Assembly (NCBI GenBank): GCA_907165135.1
Contig: OU015570.1
Location: 434,001 to 498,000 of the forward strand
Direction: 5' to 3'
From: Oikopleura dioica
Taxonomy: Eukaryota > Animalia > Chordata
DNA length: 64,000 nucleotides
The notes beneath the pieces are model-generated. The model was given only the letters and a program-made list of their open reading frames with translations. It searched no databases and had not been told where the DNA came from. Below are positions 13,047 to 24,732 of the stretch, one piece after another (the first letter of the stretch is position 1; each line of letters begins with the position of its first letter). The position numbers and the translations under genes are program-made.

Positions 13047-13207
13047 GATGGGTGTGGGTGGGGTTGGGGACAAAACTGAGATTGATCAACTTAGAGTTCC
13101 CAGCCATTGTCAAGCCCCTAAAATTCAAAAATCATGGAACAGGGCTGAGACGGCCCGAAGGGCCGTCAAGCCCTTAAATTCAAAAATCATGGAACAGGGC
13201 TAAGACG
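13047..13207 (+). mobile_element. Family E right end with one extra tandem mini-unit
   Basis: ...GGGCTGAGACGGCCC-GAA-GGGCCGTCAAGCCC...GGGCTAAGACG; same family as the 50503-53717 array. Confidence 0.75.
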
Positions 13208-13320
13208 AAATTCTAGTGCATATTCTTTTTCCTTTGATTCAAAGCTATCGAAAGATCTTTGTTTTTTTCATTTACATTGAAAAGCGGAAAAAATGCGATT
13301 TTCACGCTTAGTACTATTTA

Positions 13321-13948
13321 CAGTGAAACCCCAACTTAAGGCCGAGCAACTTAAGGCCACTTTTTTGAAAAATCTCCGAAATCTGTCATCCGAAAAATCC
13401 AACTTAAGGCCACTTTTTTTTTCAATTTTTATTCACAGATTCACTTTTTAACAAAAAACTCGTTATCTTCGGCTGCTTCTTTGGCGATTTTGAAGTCGAT
13501 GGCTTTTCAGCGTCGGCATCTTCTCTTACTTGAACTTGTGGTACTTCTTCAACCTCCATCCGCGTCGGAATGTCTTTTCCATCATGTGTCTTTCGAAATA
13601 GCCCATTAATAATCTTCTTTGCATCACTCTTCTCCGGCGTCTTCACTATAATCTCTGCATATCTTTTTCTCGGCCAATGTCATGCGGATTCTCTTTTCTT
13701 CTTGCGACATTTTTGCAGCAAATTTATTTTTAAGAGAATGAAAACATAACCGAAGGTGTACTTGGTTCGTGCGAGAAATTTCTGATAAGGCCCTCCGCCT
13801 TTCATTTTTGATTCCAATGATTCAGTCCCTTACTCCAGAAATAGAAAAATTTGAGCTTCATCCAACTTAGTTGTAGAATCACCCAACTTAAGGCTACTTT
13901 TTAAATTCGCTGTCATCCAAAAAGTGGCCTTAAGTTGGGGTTTCACTG
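13321..13948 (-). mobile_element. Internally deleted pogo/Tigger-type element (family B)
   Basis: TIR CAGTGAAACCCCAACTTAAGGCC; TA flanks; minus-strand remnant MSQEEKRIRMTLAEKKD fused to an acidic/basic tail. Partial copies start at 42116 and 57464. Confidence 0.8.
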
Positions 13949-15265
13949 TATATGCATTTTTACGTGGGCCAAAATTTCGGGTTAAGATATTTGTGTAGGG
14001 ATAGTGTGATACATCAAAATGATTCTCATAAAACAGGGAATCTTTACCTTACGACGACAAGTGTGCCATATATGGCACAAAAACTTTTAAACGCCCATTT
14101 TTCTCTCTTCGATCACTTCAGTTACTCTATTTCATTCATTTTTGGTCACTAGTCTGGGATTGACACTAGGTTCATGTTCGAGTTTAGGTTTCGGGCTGTG
14201 TTTCGGTTTGGGTTAAGGTTTGGTTTCCGGAATTCTATTGGTCAAAGGGGGTGCACAGTGGGAAAATCGGAAAATTTAAAAGTTCATGTATCTATATAAT
14301 AACCTTACAAAAAGATCCGTTTTTATCTAAGGATCATTTTATTTCATTACAAGAAAACCCAAAAGCACATTTTCACCCCTAAAATCACGTGAGAAGGGTA
14401 GATTAAACATACTTTTGCCTGTAGAAAAAAGTGCCAAAAGGTTACCTCGTAATTTTCTAGCATAAAAGAGAGCAGATCATGTGCTTTCAAATGATAGTCA
14501 TATGATTTTGTGCACTCGTGAGCACAATTGTCGTCGGTTTACATGCCATGAGACCTGTGATAAAGAGTTGAAAAACAGGGGGATTCCTTAAATTCAAAAA
14601 CAAAGGAGGGAGAAAAAGGGGGAATTGGCCATTTGGGCCGTCAAGCTCAATTCAAGGCGAGGGAAGGGAATTATAACAACGCCCGGGGCCCCGGGCGGTT
14701 GAAAAATTTTGTACGGGCGCGGGCGGGCGCGGGGGCCAAATCAGAAATTGTTTGCGGTCGCGGGCGGGCGCGGGGGCCAAATCCGAAATTTTTTGCGGGT
14801 TCAGGGGGCGCGGGCGCCCGCAGCCCCCGCCCGCCGCCCCCGCGGGGTTCGCGGGCGGGTTTTTTCCAACACTGGACTCGTGGGGTTACGCCCTCCGATT
14901 GGACTCGTGGGGTTAAGAAACATGGGTTTGCCGAAAATTGATGGGCGCTCGCTAAGCCTGCCTTTCTCGGCTTGGAAAGCGGAGCTTCGCATCCCTTGTT
15001 AAGAAACTTGGGTTTTCCAAAAATAGATAAGGCGCCCGGTGTTAAGAAACATGAGTTCAAATCGGTGTTAACAAACTTGAGAAAACCGATTGTGAACTTG
15101 GGCGCCCGCCACCCGGAAAATGCCACTAATGCTTAGTCGCCGCTTATTCCGCTCAACTGCTTTCGCTCAATTGAACGAGTAGGTGAGCGAGCGGCAAAAA
15201 TCCGACTTTGATCTAAGCGAGCGACTTTGATCTGAGCGAGCGACACTTTAATTTTGTCGTAGATA

Positions 15266-15648
15266 GCTTATAATACTTGGGAACTCATGTCTAAGAGTGA
15301 AAAAGGATTGACTTAAGTCGGTCTTCGAATCTTGCAGCCAAAAACAATCTACAACAATGATAGTTTGTTACTAGAAGCTGAACCGAAGAGGCTATGAAGC
15401 ACGCTACGGGCCTACGGCCCTTGCGCGCATTTTCTGATAGAGAACTCATTTGGTTGGCAGGAGCAGTCTTTTTCTACCGCTGGGACTCATTTTTGGCAGA
15501 AAACAACTTCTTCATTCGCAGAATAATAGTTGTTTTCGTCAAAAAATTTTTTCGCAGAATTATTCTCCCGGAAAGGGGGTGTTATCGTGAGAATAATTCT
15601 GTTTTCCACATTATAGTTCTGTGCACAGAATTATTCTCCCGGTTGCCC
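15266..15648 (+). repeat. Dispersed repeat family L
   Basis: Near-identical copy at 40136-40523 and partial copy near 27130-27417; ends in AGAATTATTCTCCCGGTTGCCC. Confidence 0.8.
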
Positions 15649-16460
15649 ACCGCTCACCGCTTGCTCATCGCTCGCTCACCGCTCAACTAAAATTAGAACC
15701 CTGGCCTGGGTACGGTTATTTTGAAGTCTGAAATAACATGTTCTAGAGATTTTTAGGAAAATAGAGGCGCGAAGGAAGCGAAAGTTGGCCACTTTCAAAA
15801 ATGAGTTTCTCTATAAAATCAGGCGCGGAGCGCATTTAAGCCCGTAACATGCTTGATTTCAAAGAAAAAAATACATTTTACACACAAAAACGTTCGATTC
15901 TTGGCATAAAAATTTCGGAGGAATAATGCAAAAATCCCTAGAACATGTTATTTCAGACATCAAAACAACCGTACCCAGGCTAATTGCATACTTCCGCTTC
16001 TTTTTATGTTCAAAAGTAGGTACCCGATGAAATAAGATGGGTCATTTTCAGCCCCTTTTATCATCTATTTTTTCTTCTTCATACGTTTTAAATTGTCCGA
16101 AATTATTTTTGAGACAAAAAATGCTTCATTTTTTAAAAATTTTTCCAATTACCAATTGGTAGGGGGTGCACAGTGGGAAAATCGAATTTTTATCATCCTC
16201 TTATAGCCTATAAGTTATAGGGATGAATAATATATCGATAGAAAGCCCATGATCAACTGATCATTTTAACATAGACTTGGGGTCATTAAAGGTCACGTGA
16301 GGTCACATGAGGTCAAAATCTGATTTTTCTAAAATTCGACGTAACTTGGGTTTCTTTGCATGATTTTGATCGCTGATGATCACTGATCATCAGGGCTGGC
16401 AAATAAGGGTCCCGCCAGCCGCACTAATTTAAGTTAGAACCCTATTAGATCATATGATTT

Positions 16461-16503
16461 GTATCAAACGTTTTCGTTTATTGGATAAACTTCATCAGGA
16501 TAC
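16461..16503 (-). ncRNA. Minimal type I hammerhead ribozyme (PLE-1 3' pLTR)
   Basis: GTATC-CTGATGA-A-GTTTAT CCA ATAAAC-GAAA-ACGT-TT-GATAC; palindromic stem III AACGTT. Confidence 0.85.
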
Positions 16504-16658
16504 TAAAGTAAATATGAACGAAAAGAAACAGAGGAAAAAGAATACTTTTTGTTGAGAGAGCAGTGTGAAATTGCTAACTGAGGAAAACAAAAAACAAAAT
16601 CAAAATAAGGCTGTTTTTAGTCGAGCGCCAAGGTGGCCCAAAACAGTGCTCGACTAAA

Positions 16659-19216
16659 TTAAAAAGTTTTGAACTGTTTGAAATCAGATTGTTCATTAAG
16701 GGAGGGTCTATGCAGTAAAATAAGAAATTGTTCAACGTTTCTCCTTTGACTCTCGTAAGTAAGATTTGTTTGTAGAACATCAAAATATTTTAGAGCAAAG
16801 TCATTTTTTGAAAATTTGTAACGAATTTTCGGAGGATTTTTAGAGTGAAAGGACTCTAGAGCAAGTTTTGATTGGGCAGTTTTAGTCTTGTATTGACTGG
16901 TGAGATTTTTGGTGCTTGGCTCACTGATGTAAAAATCATAGCTTTTTTGAAAAGTCTTACAGGTGGAAAAATGTTTGAAGATGGAAGAAGAAGCAGTTTT
17001 ATTCTGGTTGTTAGAATTAACATGTTCAATCCAACGAATGCCAGCTCTTCGTTTGGACTGACCAATGTATTGCGCTTTACAATCACATTTCCAGGAGTAA
17101 ATCAGATCACACAAGTCGTATTTTTCGGGGACTCTTTTAAGAAATTTGCCTAAGGCTCTTTCGAGACGTATGGTTTTCCAACTAACGACAAGGCAAAAGG
17201 AAGGTGTTACTTTTCTGAAGAGTTTTTGAAGACTAAGTCCAATAGAGTAGCACCTTTCACTAGTAAAATCTAAACATAAGTTAAACTTTTTCACTATTTT
17301 AGAATCATCTCGTTTCAGTGGCTCGAAATTATTCTTTTTAATTTCATTGATTTTACGTTTTATGAGGTGAAACGGATATGAGTTCTTAAGAAAGCGATCA
17401 GTTAACTGTTCAAGAGCAATATTCAACGCATACGGACATGATGTTGTATTATTTCTGCGATAGATTTCGCCGGTAAGCGTTGATATTTTCTGATTAAGGG
17501 GAGCGATTCCAGTACGAAAATTTTGAAGAATGTCACTTTTGTTAGCTTTCTCGTAAAAGAATAAGTGATATTGGTTGTCATGAAGCTTAATGCAAGTATC
17601 AAGATAAGGAAGACAGCCGTCTTTCATATCTTCACAGGTCATTTTTATGGACGGATCAAACTTATTTAGACAGTTGAAAATTCGTTTTTTGGCACTTGTT
17701 CTAGTTACAAAACAGTAGTCGTCGACGTAACGCCGACAAAACATTATATTTCCCTTGTTAATTTCAGTTGTAAGAAATTCACTTTCCAGGCTAGAAATGT
17801 AAATATTCGCCACGAGGGGGCAAGTCGGGAGCCCATTTAGCACCCGAATTTCTGTTTATAGTAGCCTTCCTGCGTGGAAAATGCGGTGAACTTTTGTAAG
17901 ACTGAAACAAGAATAGATCGAAAAACATCTTGAGGGGGAAAATAACTAATAGTGCCATCTGGAAGATCTTCCGGGCTAAAATATCGAAGAGGATTTTTAT
18001 AAAGAATATCAATCATCACGTTAATAGCTTTTGAATTGTCAATAGATGGATACATTGACACGACATCTGCACTCCAAATAGAATGTTCTGATGTTATTTG
18101 AGGTGAGATTTTAGTAAATGCATTTTTAAATTCTTTAGTAGAAGAACAAGAGAATTTAAGCTCAGGAACAATTTTGGATAGAATGGAGTAGATGTATTTT
18201 TCAATATTCGCAGTAATGCTTCCAGGCGCACCAATAATTGGACGTACTGGATGTGGAGCTGGTTTATGGACTTTTAGTAATCCGAAGCTCGATTTTACTT
18301 TATGATTACATTGAATAGATTTGAAAGTAGAACAAGAGAGATACGGTTTTAGGATTTTAATACTTTCATTAAAATCTGCGATATCTTTTGATGTAGGGTC
18401 ACTTTCAATTTTAACGAATTTCGATCGAGGGAATTCTTTGTTCATTTTATCATAATAATCAGAAGTATTAATAAAAGCAAGATTTTTGCTTTTATCAATT
18501 TTGATCAACCGAATCGAGTCATTATTTTTCAAGAATTTTTGAAGTTTTGAAATATCATCATTTTTGGTGAAACCGTTGCGAAGTAAATGCATGTAGTGTT
18601 TAACTTCTGTTTCAACACGTTTTTCTACCATAATTGGTACTTTGTAAACTTGAATATGTTTGTACCAAGATTTGAGGAGGGATTCAAAGGCACAGAATAA
18701 TCGAGAGTCACGGGGAGAACCGCCTACGCACCTTGATAAACCTTGTTGTAGAATATTAATGATATAATCAGGAATAGTAATACTGCTTAAATTCAAAATT
18801 TCGATTTTCGGAGGATTTTTCGAAGACATAGAAGAAATCAAACTTTTCAGTTTTTCAGAACGAACTTTGTCAGCTGCAGCTTCGGAAGAAGAGATTTTGG
18901 AGGAAAGAAATTTGGAAAAATTGTTTTTATCAAATTTTGACAAAGAAGAAGTAATAGAATTAAATGAACTTTCAAATAAGTCATTTTGGTGAGTAATTTT
19001 TAGTGATAGATCGTAAATGATGTTTTTCAATCTTTCAGATTGAAATGATTTTATAGATTTTTCGGATGCAGATTTAATTTTAAATTGAAGTGATTTCGGA
19101 ATTACTTGGTGTTTTGCGCAATCGCTCAGGAAAGCATGTTGTCCACTCAATCTGTGAAGTTTTCTTTTAAGCCTCAGGAGATGGTTGGTTTCTCTTTCGC
19201 TTAGTCTGTTGTTCAT
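16659..19216 (-). pseudogene. PLE-1 reverse transcriptase / GIY-YIG endonuclease ORF, disrupted near 17820-17840
   Basis: N-terminal HAFLSDC..P motif; KVHK...RPII, SADVVSMYPSI, RYVDD, PYLD; LIYSWKCDCKAQYIGQS...EH. In-frame TAA plus a 1-nt loss inside GC*MGSRLAPLVAN. Confidence 0.9.
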
Positions 19217-19258
19217 GGTATATCTTTTTGTTGACTTCGTTAATAGATCATATGATTT

Positions 19259-19301
19259 GTATCAAACGTTTTCGTTTATTGGATAAACTTCATCAGGATA
19301 C
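19259..19301 (-). ncRNA. Minimal hammerhead ribozyme (PLE-1 5' pLTR)
   Basis: Identical to 16461-16503. Confidence 0.85.
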
Positions 19302-19553
19302 TAAAGTAAATATGAACGAAAAGAAACAGAGGAAAAAGAATACTTTTTTGTTGAGAGAGCAGTGTGAAATTGCTAACTGAGGAAAACAAAAAAACAAAAT
19401 CAAAATAAGGCTGTTTTGGGCCACCTTGGCGCTCGACTAAAAACAGCCTTATTTTGATTTTGTTTTTTTGTTTTCCTCAGTTAGCAATTTCACACTGCTC
19501 TCTCAACAAAAAGTATTCTTTTCCTCTGTTTCTTTTCGTTCATATTTACTTTA

Positions 19554-19596
19554 GTATCCTGATGAAGTTTATCCAATAAACGAAAACGTTTGATAC
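19554..19596 (+). ncRNA. Minimal hammerhead ribozyme (PLE-1 inverted pLTR)
   Basis: Same motif on the opposite strand. Confidence 0.85.
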
Positions 19597-20453
19597 AAAT
19601 CATATGATCTATTAACGAAGTCAACAAAAGATATATTTAGAACCCTATTGTTAGAACCCTAACTCTCATTTTATAACTTTTTAGTGCGAGTAGTACGAGT
19701 TGGAAAAAGCCGCACTAAAATCGTTCTAAAAGAGGCGCTTGCTTATTGGTCCGCCAATCATGGCGGGTAATTCGTTTTTCTCATCCATTCAGCTCCATTC
19801 TTTTTCAATCTTCCACCAATTTGTCGTCCGCGCCTGATGGGAAGCGCGCGCCGATTGGATGATGAAAAAGAGCCTCTTAATTAGAACGGTTAGGGCGGCG
19901 ATTCAGTCCTAATAGACGAAAAATATCAAGGAAAAAATAGGACGGGTAGGACGGGGATGCCGCACTAATTCGCACTAATTTTGAGTAAGAACCCTAACAA
20001 TTTTTCGTTAGTGCGGTTGTTAGGAGCCTAATTTGCCAGCCCTGCTGATCATAATAATACTCATCAAACACTCATCCGGACCAATCCTGAGCCATCAGAG
20101 AAAAAATGAAATAATATGAAAACTTTAATTTCACTGTAAAAATTTGCTAGATGAAACTCTTGAATAAATTTTAAAATTAAAAGCCAGGGACGGGGCTTAG
20201 ACGGCCTTTTGTATAGAATTGTCTGCTCTTCCTGCTGAATGTATTTTCAATTTCATACAAAGAAAAATGAGGGCGCTGAATCCTTTTGATGTTTAACTTC
20301 TTTCTTTGGCAATTGCAGCTAAACGATAAATGATAGAGGAAAACTCATAGCTGACAAAGAAAGTGTGCAAAAAAATTTTTGATAAACATCTAGTCAAAAA
20401 CATTTTAGGCGCGCTTGAAGTAGCGCCTGATCTAGCTCGCCAAGGTCCCTTAA

Positions 20454-20923
20454 CCCGTTAACAGGCGCGAAGCCCTCTCAGGACCTTTTGGCGTTTGGAG
20501 CGCGATAAAATGGTCTAGGCTCTAATTTTTACGAAAAAATTTTATATTTTTGTGAAACTCAATCGATTCTTTATCCGTGTGTTTGATTCCGGAAAGAATC
20601 GGCCAGAAATTTGAAAAATGAGACGCGAAAGAAAAATTTCAATCGACGAAAAAAGGGAAAGCGTAATACAATGCGCTCGCGTTTTCCCTTGTTTTGAATC
20701 TCATCGCCGAAAATGACGTAACTTTGACCTCAATTTTAACCCACTAAACGAGTCAGAAAAAGACTTAATCAACATTTAGAGGAAAGATTAGACGCTTGTG
20801 AATCATCTGGTCGTCTCAGAAATGATTTTCTTAAACCCAATTACTCAGAAAACATCAAAATATGCGAGGCCCTCTCACGGCCTCGCGGCCGTTAACCCTA
20901 ATATTCAGTGCATAGTTAACGGG
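20454..20923. mobile_element. piggyBac-type MITE
   Basis: TTAA-CCCGTTAAC ... GTTAACGGG-TTAA; short TIR. Confidence 0.55.
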
Positions 20924-21014
20924 TTAAGGGTAATGGTATACATCGGCGCGGCGCTGCTCGCTCGACCCGCGCTCCGCAAGAACCTATTTCTCCCTAAGCC
21001 GTAAAATCTGAACG

Positions 21015-21835
21015 GATAAAGATTTTTCAAAATTCAAAAGACTCTGAATTATACAAATAACTTCTATAAACACAGCAAAAATGATAATAAATGTCAAAGG
21101 GGAAGTATCTGAAAATTGCTACTTTCCTTCAAACGATATTTTCTTCGATATTTCTCATCCAAAATTTTTGAAAACTAGACTGTCTTGTAGAGAATCGACA
21201 GCTTTACAAATCCTGTTTTTCAGATTTTTGTTTTGAGCTTTTATTAATCTTACATCGCAATTCGTAAAGAGCGCTTCTTCTTCTTCTCCGCTCTCTATTT
21301 TTCAGGGAAACGCTCGTCTAAATAACCAATTGGTAATGCATTACCAATTTTGGTAATCCATTACCAATTTTCGGTAATGCATTATCAAACTTCCCGAAAA
21401 TGGCCAATTATGCGAGGTCAGACAGCCTGTGTGCGCTCCGCGCCTGTCTGGTAGGATACATTTTGAAACGATTTACAGATTATTTAGCAAAAAATTGCAA
21501 TTATTGAAAAATTTGGTAATGGAATACCAATTTTTGGTAATGCATTACCAAAAATCTTTGGTAATTTTGACGAGCGTCCCCGATTTTTCACGCCACGACG
21601 TCACAGCGCTTACTTCAAGGTCGCATATTAAAATCCGAAAAGCTTAAAACAGAAATCTGAAAAACAGGATTTGTAGATAAAAATTTTGGATGAGAAATAT
21701 CGGAGACAATGTCGTTTGAAGGGAAGTGGCAATTTTCAGATACTTCCTCTTTGATAATCATTATGATTTTTGCTTTGTATATAGAAGTGACTTTAATAAT
21801 ACAGAATCTTTTTGAATTTTGAAAAAATCTTTATC
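21015..21835. repeat. Long imperfect inverted repeat (foldback-like element)
   Basis: About 200-bp arms, 21015-21228 versus 21652-21835 (e.g. GGGGAAGTATCTGAAAATTGC / GCAATTTTCAGATACTTCCTC). Confidence 0.7.
21305..21581. mobile_element. GGG-ended MITE with palindromic TTACCAA/TTGGTAA repeats
   Basis: GGGAAACGCTCGTC / GACGAGCGTCCCC ends; ATTTTTCA duplicated on the flanks (8-9-bp TSD). Confidence 0.7.
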
Positions 21836-22054
21836 TCCTCAATGCACGTGGTCCACGTGGTCCCTAACCCGTGTTTTGAGGGGTGACGGCGGAAACCATT
21901 CTTTATAAGAATGGTTCTTTTCGCAAAGAATGGTATCCGCCGTAATTAGCGCGGTGACGGCGGAAACCATTCTTTGTTCTAGAAACAAATTGTTTACCGA
22001 AAATGAATTTTTTATTGAAATTTATTGTAAAAAATATTTTTTTCCCGTTTATTT

Positions 22055-22096
22055 GTTAACTACCGGTTTCGGATAGAATCCTTCATCAGGCTTAAC
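22055..22096 (-). ncRNA. Minimal type I hammerhead ribozyme (PLE-2 pLTR)
   Basis: GTTAAGC-CTGATGA-A-GGAT TCT ATCC-GAAA-CCGG-TA-GTTAAC; palindromic stem III ACCGGT; GUA cleavage triplet. Confidence 0.8.
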
Positions 22097-22969
22097 AGAC
22101 AATAAACAATTATTCCGATGTAAAGTAAGTTACCGTGAGGCGGCAAAAGCACGACTGAGTTAGCAGTGTAAAAGCGAAAACAACAAAGATCTAATCGTAA
22201 CAGAAACGGCAAAAGGGGCGCCAAGAATGGATTGATGTATGCCCCTTTTACAGAAAATTGACACTTTTGCTCTGAATTTGACGGTTTAAGATCGGGTCTG
22301 ACAGTTTAATGTGGAAAGCTTCGCCAGTTTTTCGTTCATGATAATTATCGAGGGAAGTTTCAGTGATAGAAATGAGATCAGATTGGAATGCGAATTCACA
22401 AAGAAGTGTAGCAAGGGAAGTGTTTTTTCTTCTGAATTTAGCCAGAGTGCTTTGATCACTTTGAAAATTGTTAAATTTGTCCATAAATTTCTTACAACCG
22501 ATCGAGTGTGACCTAACAGGCAAATTCACTGCAGGTAAATCGAAATGTTCATGGAATCTTTTTCTAAAGGTCTCATAGTTTCTCCTTGATATCTTATGCC
22601 ACAAAAACATTTGTACTCATAGATTACGCAAGATTTCTTTCGAAGTGGAATTTCTCGTTTCAACTTTGGGTAAATAACAGATTCGAGACGAACTGTTCGC
22701 CAGGCCATAACTATGCGAAATGACGGTGTCACTTCCCTTATAATCTTTTGAATCTTTTTGCCAATAGAATCACACCTTGCTTCAGTAAAAGTAGCTTTGA
22801 AGTAATGGACGACCTCCGATTCATTTGATTGAGATGGCTTAGTTAAATTATTACTTCGCATGTATCTTACTTTCTCATTTACCAAACTCGGAGGATAACC
22901 ATTATCTATAAATTTACTTTTAGCTCGCTCAAGGCCCTCTTCGAGCGCCTCGGTGCAGGTACAGGCATT

Positions 22970-23257
22970 GGGAACCGGGGACTCCCAGTACCAATTGGTA
23001 CTGCCAGTACCAATTTGGTACTCCCAGTACCAATTTTGGCAAGGCAAAATTTTAGTCAGTCAGAAACGCCCGCTCCGCGGGTTCTGTGATAAGAAACTTA
23101 CTGATTCGGCCAGGATATAGTTCTATTTACCGGCATACTATTATTCCGATTGAAATATCTCGTTAAAATATCACTCTGAAAGCCAAAATTGGTACTCCCA
23201 GTACCAAAATTGGTACTGGCAGTACCAAAAAGCTTTGGTACTGCGAGTCTCCGACCC
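22970..23257. mobile_element. GGG-ended MITE inserted in the PLE-2 ORF
   Basis: TSD CAGGCATT (22962-22969, 23258-23265); imperfect TIR ending GACTC(C/G)CAGTACCA; excision restores ...NRMNNACTCTEALE... Confidence 0.85.
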
Positions 23258-24732
23258 CCAGGCATTATTCATACGATTTAACTCTCCAGTAAGTAGCGCG
23301 ATTTTCTGTGATCGTGGTGAAATATTTTCAGTAAAGTGGGGAACACAATTGGAATTTGATGGTTTTATATAATGATAAAGATCGAGTTTATTGTTTACAT
23401 ATCTTATTTCACAATCTAAAAATGGAAGTCTATTGTCTTTCATTTTTTCTATTGTGAATGAGATATTTTTATGAAGAAGGTTAACTTTCGAAAAGATTTC
23501 ATCAACCTTATCTTTTTTGCTTGTTAAAATCATATCATCAACGTAGCGTTTCATGAATCGGACATCCCCTTTTCTAATAAGCTCATCAAAGAATTCCCTT
23601 TCTATTGTGTTCATGAAGATATTACTCAGAATTGGGGATAATGAGCTTCCCATGCTACATCTCGAACGTTGAACATAAAATGATTTTTTGGTGCTGAAAG
23701 CAGTAAATTTTATTAACACAGCATGAAGAAGAGATGAGAACTTTTCCTTACTTGGAAATTCTAGCTTTGAGCCGTCTCTAAGGGTTTCCTCCTCAGAATA
23801 AAACTTTGGATTTTGATAAAGTTTTTCAATTAAGTAGCTATGTATTTCTTTTACTGGAACGTTTGTGAACATTGAGCTCACATCCAGACTAAAAATTACT
23901 TCATGTTCAAGGTCGATATCATCTTTATGGAGTAGAAAATGATTTTTAAACTCAAGAGTATTTTTGATGGAATATTTAACCTCTTGGTTTTATAATTTCT
24001 TGAGGATGTTAAGGATATAGAGCTCACTAGTTTTAGTCAATGATGATTGAGATCCGATTATAGGTCTTAGGGGATTTCCATCTTTGTGAAGCTATATTGT
24101 GCCGTAAACACGCTTTATATTATGATAGGGCTGAAGTTGGTTTTTTGTCGTCTCTGAAATTTCGGTTGAGTATGACTTCAAGATCTCGTTAAACTCACGT
24201 TGGTGAAGTTTAAGGGGATCTTTACCTAATCTTCGAAATTTATTATTATTATTTCCTTATCCAATTTACGAAAATATTCATCAGTATTCATGATACAAAT
24301 GTCTCGCGATTGAAGAAAATACTGCAAGGAAAATAATATTTCTCTAGAATGATCTTTATATTATGTTTCAAACTATTTTTTCATCAATAAAATTTTTCAA
24401 TGAAGAAGAAGAAAAAAATCATGGAAACAGGGAAACTGTTTCCCTGGGAAACAGGGAAACAGGAAAACAGCGGTTTTCAATTCGAGAGGGAAACAGGGAA
24501 ACAGAGAAACAGCTTTTTAAATTTAAGAGGGAAACAGGGAAACAGCCATTTTTACAAAAATTTGGAACACTGGGGTCACTTATAAAGCGCATGAACAGCT
24601 GAGAGCGTCATCTGCTGCAAGATCAGAAATAGGTCGATTGGAGCTTCAGCTCTGCGGGGTGCGTCAGTCCCGCTTCATTGAAGCCCTAAATCGGTCAAGT
24701 AAATCAGGTCATCTCGTAAGTTTATAAAGTAA

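Larger units (their letters stand above)
12697..14874. mobile_element. hAT-type element with GC-rich GCGGGCGGG subtermini and nested insertions
   Basis: TIR CAGTGTTGGAAAA; 8-bp TSD GACTCGTG (12689-12696, 14875-14882). Confidence 0.85.
10353..15703. mobile_element. Composite hAT-type element (GAGCG subterminal repeats) inflated by nested insertions
   Basis: TIR CAGGGTTC(C/T)AATTTT; 8-bp TSD GCCTGGGT (10345-10352, 15704-15711). Confidence 0.8.
10345..15980. mobile_element. PIF/Harbinger-like MITE split by a 5.35-kb hAT insertion into its first 8 bp
   Basis: TIR GCCTGGGTACGGTT / AACCGTACCCAGGC; TAA flanks at 10342-10344 and 15981-15983; body at 15704-15980. Confidence 0.65.
16447..19636 (-). 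mobile_element. Penelope-like retroelement PLE-1 with direct and inverted pseudo-LTRs
   Basis: RT + GIY-YIG ORF; 3' pLTR about 16447-16650, 5' pLTR about 19219-19417, inverted copy to 19635; candidate 13-bp TSD TTAGAACCCTATT (16434-16446, 19637-19649). Confidence 0.93.
16391..20044. mobile_element. hAT-type MITE carrying the PLE-1 insertion
   Basis: TIR CAGGGCTGGCAAAT; 8-bp TSD CTGATCAT (16383-16390, 20045-20052). Confidence 0.9.
22040..24330 (-). mobile_element. Penelope-like retroelement PLE-2, 5'-truncated, degenerate and MITE-interrupted
   Basis: VYGTI.LHKDG, SLDVSSMFTNVPV, SMGSSLSPILSNIFM, RYVDD, PFLD; GIY-YIG VIYEYKCFCGIRYQGET; 3' pLTR with hammerhead. Boundaries approximate. Confidence 0.88.

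Noticed and set aside
12654-15126. Several 90-150-aa Arg/Gly/Ala/Pro-rich ORFs on both strands
   Set aside because: They arise from GC-rich subterminal repeats of a hAT MITE that lack stop codons.
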